Shown: positions 52,068 to 60,325, counted from the first letter of the stretch. The stretch: DNA of 60,325 bases from Planctomycetia bacterium (GCA_003170085.1 PMZT01000246.1:1-60325), one strand, 5' to 3'. A program made the numbers and translations. The notes: generated from the letters alone by a model not told the origin.

Positions 52068-53033
52068 TTAGTGCCTCGGCAGCAGGAAGAGCGTCGACGC
52101 GTTGGCCGTGGTCATTTCGAGCCCCGTGGCCTTCATGATGAAATCGTTCGCGTAGAGGTCATCCTTGCCCTGGTCTCGGTCGACGCCCTGGACATGGCCG
52201 TCGTAGAACGCCATGTTCGTGTGCGTGTTGTAGTACTGCGCATCGGGATCGCCGGTGTGGTCCTGCACGCCTCCCGGGTGACGCGCAGCAATTCGGGGCT
52301 TGCTCGTGGTGCCATCGTAGAAGAGGACGCCGTCGGTGACCATGATCTGGGTCGTTCGCAGCTTGATCTGCGAGATGTCGCGCAGCATATGCGAGGCGAG
52401 CAGGTGGAAGGTGGGGTTGGTAAGGTCCGTGTCATCGACGGTCAGCGAGGGGAAGCGGTTGCGGGTGTCGGCGGCGTTGTCGAGATCGGTCTGTGCCAGT
52501 TTGACGCTGCAGCCGTTCCAATAATAGGTGCAGTCCACCATGAAGCCGGCTGGGCCCAAACGGGCAAACCCCTGGGCGGCATCCGGGTCGCTGCTACCTG
52601 GGGTGAGGACTCGGGGTAGCGTGATGACCGGGTCAGATGCTCCCGAATCCGCCGTCCACGTGACCAGGAGCTCGGATGCCTTGGGGCACCACAGAACGCT
52701 GTTGCTCGCGGGCGGGTCCGTGTCCGACCGCTGGGAGGAATCGGGGGCCGAGAGGTATCCCCCGCGGACCAGGAGGTCGCACCAGTACAGGCCGGACTTC
52801 ACATACCGCGTCGGGGGGAGCGCGCCCTTGGCGTCGGCGGAGTAGTTCAGCACGGACGCCGCGATCTGCTTCAGGTTACTCTGGCATTGCAGATCTTGCA
52901 CAGTCTGCATGACCGGGGCGAGCGCCGACAGGAGCAAGGCCGCCAGGATACCGATAATGGTGATGACCACCAGCAGTTCGACCAGCGTGAAGGCAACGAG
53001 ACGCTCGTGGTACGACCTCAAGGCTCTCTTCAT
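52068..53033 (-). CDS. DUF1559-type protein with prepilin N-terminal cleavage/methylation domain (H-X9-DG family)
   Basis: N-terminus AFTLVELLVVITIIGILAALLL, and C-terminal HTNMAFYDGHV (H-x9-DG-like motif). Confidence 0.85.
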   Translation of the reverse strand: MKRALRSYHERLVAFTLVELLVVITIIGILAALLLSALAPVMQTVQDLQCQSNLKQIAASVLNYSADAKGALPPTRYVKSGLYWCDLLVRGGYLSAPDSSQRSDTDPPASNSVLWCPKASELLVTWTADSGASDPVITLPRVLTPGSSDPDAAQGFARLGPAGFMVDCTYYWNGCSVKLAQTDLDNAADTRNRFPSLTVDDTDLTNPTFHLLASHMLRDISQIKLRTTQIMVTDGVLFYDGTTSKPRIAARHPGGVQDHTGDPDAQYYNTHTNMAFYDGHVQGVDRDQGKDDLYANDFIMKATGLEMTTANASTLFLLPRH

Positions 53034-53219
53034 GGCTAGGCGTTCCCCTGAAAAGGGTGCATCACAGGCAATGAATGCGTAACGCTATAGTATTCTAGAA
53101 ACTGCCGCAGGCGATTACAAGCCTTTCATTGTCAACACAACGGGCGCCTCCCGCCGCGGCGGGAGGCGCCCGTTTCACATTTCACTTCCACGGCCCATGG
53201 CGGGCCGCGACGTTGCCTC

Positions 53220-53273
53220 GTAGGGGCACCCCCATGTGGGTGCCCTTGGGCGGCCACATGGGGCCGCCCCTAC
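53220..53273. repeat. REP-like palindromic element, short 54-nt variant
   Basis: It differs from the 52007 copy by one base (C to T) and is followed by TTTTT. It overlaps the stop codon of the HEAT-repeat gene. Confidence 0.9.
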
Positions 53274-55354
53274 TTTTTCGCCGGCTTGATCCGCTTCATC
53301 ACGTCGTTGGCATCGGTGATGAGCTTCTTGTCCTTGGTGATCGTGAGGCACTTCTCCATGGCGGCCCTGGTCTCGGGCGGCAGGTTGTTGCCGAGGCTCT
53401 TCGCGATCTTGACGGCCGCGGTGCAGGCCTCGTTCTTCAGGGCGTTGTCATCGAGCATCGGCACCACGATCAGCAGGGCGGCCGGCTGGTTCACGTCGGC
53501 CAGCACGCCAAGCACCAGTTTCTTCTCGTCGGGCCGGGTGATGACCGTGAGCGCCTCCTGGCTCATCTGGAGCTTCTGGGCCGCCGGCACCTCGGGCAGG
53601 GCGGCCAGCCGCAGGTAACCGCGGAGGGCCAGCACCTTCAGCGTCAGCTTGCCCTCGCTCTTGCCCACGGCGATGAGGTCCGGGGCCGCGGTCATGTCGG
53701 ACCAGTCGGCCAGCGCACGGACGGCGGCTTCCCGGACGCCCATGTCGGCGTCCTTGAGCGCCGCTCGGACGGGCAGAATCGCCTTCGGGCCACCGAGACG
53801 GCCGAGGGCCTTGAGTAGCGACCCCTTCGCCGGCATCTGGGCAGACGCCAGCGGCGTCAGAATGACCTGAAGGGCCACGTCCTTGTTGGTCGCGCGGCCG
53901 CAGGTGGCCAGCAGGGCCTTCTCAGCCGCATCAGTGTCCTTCGTCTTTATGAGGAGGGCGATCATAGGCGCCAGGCACTTCTCATCGGCCACGGCTTCGA
54001 GGCCCTTGAAGGCTTCCGCGCGAACGGCGGCATCGGCATCGTCCGCCGCCTTAAGCATCGCCGGGGCGGCTTCGGCGGACTTGCGGGCCGTCAGGGCGCG
54101 GAGCAGTTCGGCGCGGACCTTGGCGTCGCCCGTCATGGCAGCGAGCATCGCCGCGTTGGCGTTCTGGGCCTTCATCGTTGCAAGCGAGTTACGGGCGGCA
54201 TCGGCTTCGGCTCCGCCGCCGGCGGCAGCCTGCGCGAGGGCCGGAACATCGGACGCATCGCCGATCGTGGCCAGCGCACCGAATGCGGCCGTACGAACGG
54301 CATCATCGGCGCTCTTCAACGAGCCGAGCACGGCGGGCTTGGCGGCCATGTCGCCGCGACGGCCCAACTGGGCCAGCAGGAGCGCCTGGCCGGGGGCCGG
54401 CAGCTTCGGCAGGAGGTCGGCCAGGGCCTTCGTGGCTTCGGGGCCCGGGATCTCGCCCGCGAACGAAAGGGCGATGGCCTGCATCTGGGCATCGTTGCCG
54501 GCCAGGACTTCGGCCACCATCGGCATGGCTTTTACGCCCAGCGCCAGGACGAGGCCGCGGAGGCCCGCGATCCGGGTCGGCTTGGGCTCGGCCGGAACGT
54601 AAACAGCCTTATAGATGGCCGCCGCTTCGTCGTTCTTGTCCTCCTTCAGCATCTTATCGGCGCACTGGAGGTACGCGTCGATGACGTACGGCCGCAACTT
54701 CGGCGACGCCGTCACGCGCAGGCCATCGAGGGCCTTGGCCGCATCGGCGCCGCCGATCTTGCCGAGCGCCCCCACGGCCGCCTCAACGACCGACGCATCC
54801 TTGTCGGCCAGGTATTTGAGGATCACCGGAACCGTTGTGGCGTCTTTGCGGACGGCCACGGCGTTGATCATGGCGACCTGCCAGTCGGGCGTGGCGGCCT
54901 TCTGCATTGCCACCACGAGGGCGGGCGTGGCCTCCGGCGCGGTGTTCCACTGAAGCGCGCGGCGGGCCGAGTCGCGAACGACCGCATCCTTGTCGTCGAG
55001 GGCCTGCACGAGCGCCGGAACGACCTCGGCCTTGCCGATCCACTGGATCTGGCGCAGCAGCCACACGCGGGCGGCCGAGGGCGTCGCGGCATCGAGCTTC
55101 CCGGCCAGCGCCGTGGCGACGGCGACGCGCTCGGTCTCGGCGCCGGGGCGCGCAGCGTTGTTGGCCAGTGTTTCGATGGCCTTCATGGCCGCCGTCCGCT
55201 TCGCCGGGTCATCGCTGGCGATGTCGGGCAGCAGCGAGGCAAAGTTCTGGACCGTCGCGGCCGGCGCTTCCTCGGCACGAGCCGGAGTCGCGGCGTACGC
55301 CAAGCCAACCACCGCCAGCAGCGTTACAACCGTCAGCACGTTCAGCAATTTCAT
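53270..55354 (-). CDS. secreted HEAT/Armadillo-repeat protein
   Basis: Signal peptide MKLLNVLTVVTLLAVVGLAYA. Repeated ..D.D..VR..A..AL motifs occur throughout (DKDAVVRDSARRAL, DADAAVRAEAFKGL, DADMGVREAAVRAL). Confidence 0.75.
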   Translation of the reverse strand: MKLLNVLTVVTLLAVVGLAYAATPARAEEAPAATVQNFASLLPDIASDDPAKRTAAMKAIETLANNAARPGAETERVAVATALAGKLDAATPSAARVWLLRQIQWIGKAEVVPALVQALDDKDAVVRDSARRALQWNTAPEATPALVVAMQKAATPDWQVAMINAVAVRKDATTVPVILKYLADKDASVVEAAVGALGKIGGADAAKALDGLRVTASPKLRPYVIDAYLQCADKMLKEDKNDEAAAIYKAVYVPAEPKPTRIAGLRGLVLALGVKAMPMVAEVLAGNDAQMQAIALSFAGEIPGPEATKALADLLPKLPAPGQALLLAQLGRRGDMAAKPAVLGSLKSADDAVRTAAFGALATIGDASDVPALAQAAAGGGAEADAARNSLATMKAQNANAAMLAAMTGDAKVRAELLRALTARKSAEAAPAMLKAADDADAAVRAEAFKGLEAVADEKCLAPMIALLIKTKDTDAAEKALLATCGRATNKDVALQVILTPLASAQMPAKGSLLKALGRLGGPKAILPVRAALKDADMGVREAAVRALADWSDMTAAPDLIAVGKSEGKLTLKVLALRGYLRLAALPEVPAAQKLQMSQEALTVITRPDEKKLVLGVLADVNQPAALLIVVPMLDDNALKNEACTAAVKIAKSLGNNLPPETRAAMEKCLTITKDKKLITDANDVMKRIKPAKK

Positions 55355-55376
55355 TGGATGTTCCCCTTGCAATTTA

Positions 55377-56708
55377 TCAGGAAAGGCGCCATGGCGCGCG
55401 CATCGGGCGATCAAGCCACCGCGCGGCCTCTTCATTACCGATAACCTCTTCCTTGACCGGATCCCACTTGTACGACTGGCCCGTCCAGTACGCGATATTG
55501 CCGAGGTGGCAGACCGTGACCGAACGGCAGCCGATTTCGGCGTCGCAGATGGGCCGCCGGCGGGTCTTGATGCAGTCCATCCAGTCGGGCATGTGGGCAA
55601 CGCTCTTGTACAGGTGAATCTCGTTCTGCCCGATCGGCGTGTCGATCTCCTCGGGGAAGCACTTGAAGTACCCGCGGTTGACCTCAACCCAGCCCTTGTC
55701 GCCGACGAAGAGCACGCCGCTGACGCCGTTCTTGCCCTCGGGCAACTTATATTGCTTCGGACCGTTGCCGTCGGCGCTCCAGAAGTGGTGCATGAGGACG
55801 CCGCTCGCGTACTTGTACGTCAGGGTGGGGTACTCCTTGCCGGGCGCGAAGATCTCGACGGGGCCGCTTTCGTCCATGCCAAGGCCCCACTGGGCGATGT
55901 CGTAGTGGTGGGCGCCCCAGTCGGTCATCATGCCGCCCGAGTAATCGCGAACCAGGCGCCATCCGCCGCTGTAGCTGCCGCTGCAACGTTCGCCGTTGTA
56001 GGGCGACCACGGGGCCGGGCCAAGCCAGAACTCCCAGTCCATGCCTTCCGGAATCGGCTCGGTCGGGAACTGCTTCTCGGTCGACGGGCCGCCGACGTTC
56101 ACGAAGACTTCCTTGACCGTGCCGATGCGGCCGTTGCGCACCAGTTCGCAGGCGTGATGGAATTCCTTGCTCGACCGCTGCATGCTGCCGTTCTGGTAGA
56201 CGCGGCCGTAACGGCGGACGGCGGTGACCATCGCCCGCGCCTGGCGGATCGTCAGCGCCATCGGCTTCTCGCAGTACATGTCCTTGCCGGCCTTGGCGGC
56301 GGCGATCGTGATCAGCGCGTGCCAGTGATCGGGCACGGCGATGACCACGGCGTCGATGTCGTCGCGGGCCATCACGTCGTGGTAGTCGCTGTACACCGCG
56401 ACGCCCTTGAACGTGCCCGCGGCCCGCTCCTGGGCGTAGTTATCATTGGCCTTTTTCTCGGAGGCGTCGCGTACCCATTTCTTGACGTCGCACACCGCCA
56501 CGCACTGGGCCGTGCGGTTGCCAAGAACCTGGCCGAACAGGCCGCTGCCTTGGTTGCCGATGCCGATGTCGCAGACGGTCAGCCGGTTGCTGGCCGACGG
56601 TATGGCGTCGGCCCCCAGGGCCGTCGACGTGATCATGTAAGGCGCCGCGGCGGCCGCGATCGCGCCTTTTAGAAGATCGCGTCGTGAGACCTTCATCTGG
56701 TTCAACAT
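55377..56708 (-). CDS. Gfo/Idh/MocA-family oxidoreductase with twin-arginine (Tat) signal
   Basis: MLNQMKVSRRDLLKGAIAAAAAP (Tat motif), Rossmann CDIGIGNQG, and EKP motif MYCEKPMA. The long ORF to 57623 is an antisense-overlap artefact. Confidence 0.85.
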   Translation of the reverse strand: MLNQMKVSRRDLLKGAIAAAAAPYMITSTALGADAIPSASNRLTVCDIGIGNQGSGLFGQVLGNRTAQCVAVCDVKKWVRDASEKKANDNYAQERAAGTFKGVAVYSDYHDVMARDDIDAVVIAVPDHWHALITIAAAKAGKDMYCEKPMALTIRQARAMVTAVRRYGRVYQNGSMQRSSKEFHHACELVRNGRIGTVKEVFVNVGGPSTEKQFPTEPIPEGMDWEFWLGPAPWSPYNGERCSGSYSGGWRLVRDYSGGMMTDWGAHHYDIAQWGLGMDESGPVEIFAPGKEYPTLTYKYASGVLMHHFWSADGNGPKQYKLPEGKNGVSGVLFVGDKGWVEVNRGYFKCFPEEIDTPIGQNEIHLYKSVAHMPDWMDCIKTRRRPICDAEIGCRSVTVCHLGNIAYWTGQSYKWDPVKEEVIGNEEAARWLDRPMRAPWRLS

Positions 56709-56933
56709 AACGGTCCTCCCTGTTCCCTGAAACGAGCCCCGAATCTTCGCAGAATACACACTCGTCTTGAGGTATGCGACACAATTTTCGTGATTACCGA
56801 GGGCCCGATTGAGGTCCGGAATGCCCCGCCGCGCCGAAGACCCGACGCGGAGGCCGCGAGCGCCACGGAAACCCGCCGAATTTGCGGGATGCTTTGTCGT
56901 ACAAGGTGTTGAATGATGTACGGAGGAGACACC

Positions 56934-57695
56934 ATGGAAACGTTGGTCTTCGAGACGGCGCAGGCGCTGGGCGCGTATGGGGCACGTATCGCCGCCGAGA
57001 CGATCCAGGCCGCGATCCGCCGCACGGGCAGGGCCAATATCATTCTTGCGACCGGGGCCAGCCAGTTCGAGGTGCTGGCGGCGCTGGTGGCGGCGCCCGG
57101 CGTCGACTGGTCGAAGGTCGTGATGTTCCACCTGGACGAGTACGTGGGCCTGCCCGACACGCACCCGGCCAGTTTCCGGCGGTACCTCCGCGAACGGTTC
57201 GTCGAGAAGGTGGGGCGGCTGGGCGCCGTGCACTTCATCGAGCCCGCCGCGGCGGGCGACCCGCGGGCCGAGTGCAGCCGCGTGGGCAATATCCTTTCCG
57301 CCAACCCGATCGACGTGGCCCTTGTGGGCATCGGCGAGAACGGGCACCTGGCGTTCAACGATCCGCCGGCCGATTTCGACGCCGAGGAACCGTATCTTGT
57401 GGTTGACCTTGACGAGGCCTGCCGCCGCCAGCAACTGGGCGAGGGCTGGTTCGCGACGCTGGCCGACGTGCCGCGCCGGGCTATCTCGATGAGTATCCGA
57501 CAGATCCTGAAGAGCCGCCGCATCGTTTGCTCGGTGCCCGACCGGCGCAAGGCCGAGGCCGTTCTGGCGGCGGTCGAGGGGCCGATCACGAACCTGTGCC
57601 CGGCGTCGGTCCTGCGGAGACATCCGGATTGCGTTCTCCTGCTGGAACCCTCGTCGGCGTCGCTGCTCTCGAAGAAGTTGCCCGTGCTGAAGTAG
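56934..57695 (+). CDS. nagB: glucosamine-6-phosphate deaminase
   Basis: [27 protein letters not shown] and [14 protein letters not shown]. Confidence 0.85.
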   Translation: METLVFETAQALGAYGARIAAETIQAAIRRTGRANIILATGASQFEVLAALVAAPGVDWSKVVMFHLDEYVGLPDTHPASFRRYLRERFVEKVGRLGAVHFIEPAAAGDPRAECSRVGNILSANPIDVALVGIGENGHLAFNDPPADFDAEEPYLVVDLDEACRRQQLGEGWFATLADVPRRAISMSIRQILKSRRIVCSVPDRRKAEAVLAAVEGPITNLCPASVLRRHPDCVLLLEPSSASLLSKKLPVLK

Positions 57696-57703
57696 AGGAC
57701 GCT

Positions 57704-58117
57704 GTGAATATCCCCGGTTTCGTCGATCTCCAGGTCAACGGCTACAAGGGTGTGGACTTCTCCAGTCCGGACCTGACGGCCGATTCCTTCGCCCGCGCCT
57801 CGCGCGAGCTTCTTACGCAGGGGACCGCGGCGTTCCTGCCCACGCTGATCACGTGCCCCGAGGAGGTCTACCGCCGCAACTTGGCGATCATCGGGCAGGC
57901 GTGCGCGCAGCCTGAGTTCGAGGGACGGCTCCTGGGCATCCACGTGGAGGGGCCGTTTCTGTCGCGCGCGCCGGGCGCCGTGGGCGCTCACAACCCCGCC
58001 TACGTGCGCGACCCGGACCCGCAGCTCCTTGATCGGATGCAGCAGTGGGCCGGCGGGCGCATCCGCATGATAACCGTTGCCGCCGATGCGCCGGGGGCGG
58101 AGGAACTTGTACGCGAT
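57704..58117 (+). pseudogene. nagA: N-acetylglucosamine-6-phosphate deacetylase fragment (central ~135 aa only)
   Basis: VNIPGFVDLQVNGYKGVDF...FLPTLIT...GIHVEGPFLS...GAHNP...ITVAADAPGAEELVRD aligns by eye with E. coli NagA from about SPGFIDVQLNG to VTLAPE. The N-terminal ~50 aa and the C-terminal ~200 aa (the GHS... part of the barrel) are missing. Homology stops where the heptamer array starts. Confidence 0.6.
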
Positions 58118-58149
58118 TGCGGATTGCGGATTGCGGATTGCGGATTGAA
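58113..58149. repeat. 7-bp tandem array (GCGGATT)x4-5
   Basis: gcgatt gcggatt gcggatt gcggatt gcggatt ga, read directly. Confidence 0.9.
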
Positions 58150-58192
58150 ACGGAATAGGATGCCGACCGCGCGGCTGGACGCCGCTTCTTCA

Positions 58193-58227
58193 AATTCGCA
58201 ATTCGCAATTCGCAATTCGCAATTGGA
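58193..58227. repeat. 7-bp tandem array (AATTCGC)x4 plus a degenerate unit; inverted partner of 58113-58149
   Basis: The reverse-complement unit GCGAATT differs from GCGGATT by one base, so the two arrays can pair with one G-T/G-U per unit. They are separated by a 43-nt spacer. Confidence 0.9.
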
Positions 58228-58236
58228 TCCTTTGAT

Positions 58237-59193
58237 GCCCGCGAACCGTGGCTCGATCGGCTCGAGGAGTTGGTGCCCATCGCGCCCATCGGGCGAAGCG
58301 GCATCCGGGTGGTGCTGGATGTGATGTACGGCGCGGGACAGGGGCTCCTGGTGGAGCGGTTGCGGCGCGCGGGCTGTGCGGTGCGCGAACTCCACGGCGA
58401 GCTCAATCCGGGCTTTGGCGGCCTGCACCCGGAGCCGATTCCCGCCTACATGGGACCCCTGGTCGCGGCGACGCGGGAGTGGCGGGGGCCCGGACCGTGC
58501 GTGGGCTTCGCCTTCGACGGCGACAGCGACCGCATCGCCCCGGTGGACGAAGACGGACACGTCGTCACCCCGCATCAGGTCCTCGCGCTGCTCGTCCGGC
58601 ACCTCGTCAGGAACCGTCGGGAGCGTGGAGCGGTCGTCAAGTCGGTGAATATCGGCCGCATGGTGGACCTGGAGGCGCAGGCGTTGGGGGTGCCGCTGGT
58701 CGTCACCCCGATCGGGTTCAAGTTCATCGCGGCCACCATGCTGGAACACAACGCCATGGTCGGAGGAGAAGAGAGCGGCGGCTTCGCAGTGCACGGCCAT
58801 ATCCCAGAGCGGGATGCGGGCCTGATCTGTCTGCTGCTGCTCGAGTGCATGGCGATGACGGGCCAGTCGCTCGGGACGCTGGTCCGCGAGATGGAGGCCA
58901 CGTACGGTCCGCATCGCTACGGCCGGACGGACCTGCGGCTGGCGACGCTGGCCGACCGGGACCGGGTGGTGGCGAATCTGGTCGGTTCGCCGCCGACCGC
59001 GCTGCTGTCCGTTCCCCTCTTGCAGATGGACACCCGGGATGGGGTGAAGCTGATTCGAGCGGATCACAGCTGGGTCATGCTGCGGGCCTCGGGGACGGAG
59101 CCGCTGCTGCGCATCTACGCCGAGGCGCCCACAGAGGACGAGGTGCGCGCGCTGCTGGACTGGGGACAACGTCTTGCGGCGGAGAAAGGCTGA
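58237..59193 (+). pseudogene. phosphomannomutase/phosphoglucomutase fragment (domains II-IV; domain I with the catalytic Ser absent)
   Basis: EPWLDRLEELV...GIRVVLDVMYGAG...GFAFDGDSDR (Mg site)...GGEESGG...LRASGTEPLLRIY. The frame opens only at 58159, after a TAG. There is no canonical start before TTG 58270, yet homology begins around 58240. Confidence 0.65.
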
Positions 59194-59200
59194 GGGTAGG

Positions 59201-59641
59201 ATGTCGAAACGGAAGGCGCAGGCCAGACTCCCCGGGGTGACCAGCCGACCGATCGAGGAAGCCTGGCGCCCCTGGGGGAGCTTCCACACGCTCGAAGCGG
59301 GGCCGGGGTACAAGATCAAGCGGCTGGTGGTCCTGCCGGGGCAGCGGTTGAGCCTGCAGCGGCATCGCCGCCGGACCGAGCATTGGGTGGTGGTGGCCGG
59401 GACCGCCACGGTCGTCAACGGGACGCGCACGCTCTCGCTGCGGCGGCGCGCGTGCACCGTCATCCCGCGGCAGGCGTGGCACCGGATCGAGAATCATGGA
59501 CGGGTCCCCGTGATCATCATCGAGGTGCAGCACGGGACATATCTCGGCGAAGATGACATCGTCCGGAAGCAGGATGATTACGGGCGGACGGTGGAGCGCG
59601 AGCCACGAGCCACGAGCCACGAGCGGAATCTCGGGGGCTGA
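59201..59641 (+). CDS. mannose-6-phosphate isomerase, type II cupin domain protein (stand-alone)
   Basis: RPWGSFHTLEAGPGYKIKRLVVLPGQRLSLQRHRRRTEHWVVVAGTA...HRIENHG...IIEVQHGTYLGEDDIVRKQDDYGR matches the C-terminal cupin of bifunctional ManC/CpsB. Confidence 0.8.
   Translation: MSKRKAQARLPGVTSRPIEEAWRPWGSFHTLEAGPGYKIKRLVVLPGQRLSLQRHRRRTEHWVVVAGTATVVNGTRTLSLRRRACTVIPRQAWHRIENHGRVPVIIIEVQHGTYLGEDDIVRKQDDYGRTVEREPRATSHERNLGG
59600..59627. repeat. 7-bp tandem array (GAGCCAC)x3 plus a degenerate unit at the 3' end of the cupin gene
   Basis: Read directly; it encodes part of the tail EPRATSHER. Confidence 0.85.
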
Positions 59642-59681
59642 GATCTGTCCGGCAGCGAGCACGGGCCGGGGCGAGGCAGAA

Positions 59682-60325
59682 GTGAATCGATTGTATGTCG
59701 TGGTCCTGGCGGGCGGCAGTGGCGAGCGGTTCTGGCCCCTTTCGACGCCGAGCCATCCCAAGCAGTTTCCCTCCCTGCTGGACGGGAAAAGCTTCTTCCA
59801 GCGCACGATCGAGCGGGCGGCGAACCTGGTGGGGCAGGACCGCGTCCTGGTGGCCACCCGGCGGGAACTCCTTCCCATCGTCCTGCAACAGCTCCCTGGG
59901 TTTCCCCCGGAGAACTGTATCCTGGAACCGGTCGGGCGAGATACGGCGGCCTGCATCGGCTTGGCTGCGCTGGTGGTCGAAGGGCGCCTGCCGGGCGCGC
60001 GGATGCTCGTCGCGCCGTCGGATCACTTCATCTCGCCTTTTCACGCTTTCGAGGAGACGGTGCGGCACGGACTCCTGCTCCTGGACCGGCTGGACGGCCT
60101 GGTGACCCTGGGGATCCCGCCGACGGGCCCGGAGACGGGATACGGTTACATCCTGGCCGGGGACGCCGTCCCGGAGCATCCGGCGGCTCGGCGCTGCCAG
60201 CGGTTCACCGAGAAGCCTGACCGGACCACGGCGGAACGCTTCGTGGCCGACGGCCGGTACTACTGGAACAGCGGCATCTTTCTCTGGAGAGCCTCCACGT
60301 TCCTGCGGGCGGTGGCCCGGCACCT
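59682..60325 (+). CDS. mannose-1-phosphate guanylyltransferase (NTP-transferase domain), 3'-partial at the window edge
   Basis: Absent from the ORF track because there is no stop before the window end. Manual translation from GTG 59682 gives VNRLYVVVLAGGSGERFWPLS...ILEPVGRDTAACIGLAA...APSDH...LGIPPTGPETGYGYI...RFTEKPD...YYWNSGIFLW, the classic ManC N-terminal domain. Confidence 0.8.
   Translation, partial: MNRLYVVVLAGGSGERFWPLSTPSHPKQFPSLLDGKSFFQRTIERAANLVGQDRVLVATRRELLPIVLQQLPGFPPENCILEPVGRDTAACIGLAALVVEGRLPGARMLVAPSDHFISPFHAFEETVRHGLLLLDRLDGLVTLGIPPTGPETGYGYILAGDAVPEHPAARRCQRFTEKPDRTTAERFVADGRYYWNSGIFLWRASTFLRAVARH

Noticed and set aside
4505-57623. N-terminal extensions of track ORFs (4505 vs 4580; 2697-3923 vs 3698; 13655 vs 13709; 20172 vs 20403; 24217 vs 24277; 25133 vs 25304; 32209 vs 32269; 33749 vs 33818; 53270-55687 vs 55354; 55377-57623 vs 56708)
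   Set aside because: The upstream parts overlap neighbouring genes or are Arg/Pro-rich. Homology, signal peptides and good Shine-Dalgarno sequences begin at the shorter starts I annotated.
29158-59463. Other long antisense/shadow ORFs in the track: 29158-30774(-), 31279-33084(-), 33617-35341(-), 35809-37230(-), 41251-42684(+), 44148-46001(+), 54990-56672(+), 58000-59463(-), 15103-16056(-), 7538-8380(-)
   Set aside because: Each lies opposite a gene with strong family motifs. Each has Arg/Pro/Gly/His-rich low-information translations and lacks RBS or start context.
4428-59627. Tandem arrays as CRISPR or as a coding collagen-like repeat
   Set aside because: The units are 7-9 bp with no spacers and only 3-5 copies, so they are incompatible with CRISPR. 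No cas genes were seen.

Overview
High-GC (roughly mid-60s % by eye), gene-dense bacterial contig, probably metagenome-derived. I saw no rRNA, CRISPR array, transposase or integrase.

Left third (1-23.7 kb):
- A minus-strand operon of a DUF134 protein, a methionine-gamma-lyase::NifX-like fusion and an Mrp-type ATPase.
- A 17-kb run of plus-strand genes in three parts. (i) SAM-methyltransferase, single-subunit HgdB/double-cubane-like Fe-S enzyme, porin, Na+/solute symporter, HgdC-type activator ATPase. (ii) Three secreted CxxC thioredoxin-like / T9SS-tail proteins. (iii) A tightly overlapped operon: corrinoid protein, Zn-type MtaA-like methyltransferase, RACo-type corrinoid activase, HgdB-like, HgdA-like, second MtaA-like methyltransferase, second HgdC-type activator.
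- Module (iii), possibly together with (i), is my best candidate for an undescribed system: corrinoid methyl transfer coupled to ATP-driven radical Fe-S chemistry.

Remainder (23.7-60.3 kb):
- Housekeeping: ispG, der, tyrS, leuA, argG, aroK, tRNA-Ser(GCU).
- A nikR plus ECF Ni/Co transporter operon.
- Carbohydrate and oxidoreductase genes: GH5, carbon-nitrogen hydrolase, SDR, HAD, two Gfo/Idh/MocA.
- PVC-style genes: a DUF1559 prepilin-like protein and a HEAT-repeat protein.
- An amino-sugar / GDP-mannose cluster.

Cross-cutting signals:
- Many short 7-bp and 9-bp tandem arrays sit at gene termini or inside CDSs. One carries an in-frame TAG between the corrinoid protein and its methyltransferase. 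One lies in a signal peptide. An inverted pair bridges a truncated nagA and a truncated phosphomannomutase.
- A 54-nt REP-like palindromic element occurs in 4 copies and supplies stop codons to two genes.
- A leucine leader-peptide attenuator precedes leuA.
- A ~1.5-kb lower-GC islet carries a PD-(D/E)XK nuclease-family gene.

All functional calls rest on motif recognition by eye. No database search was run.
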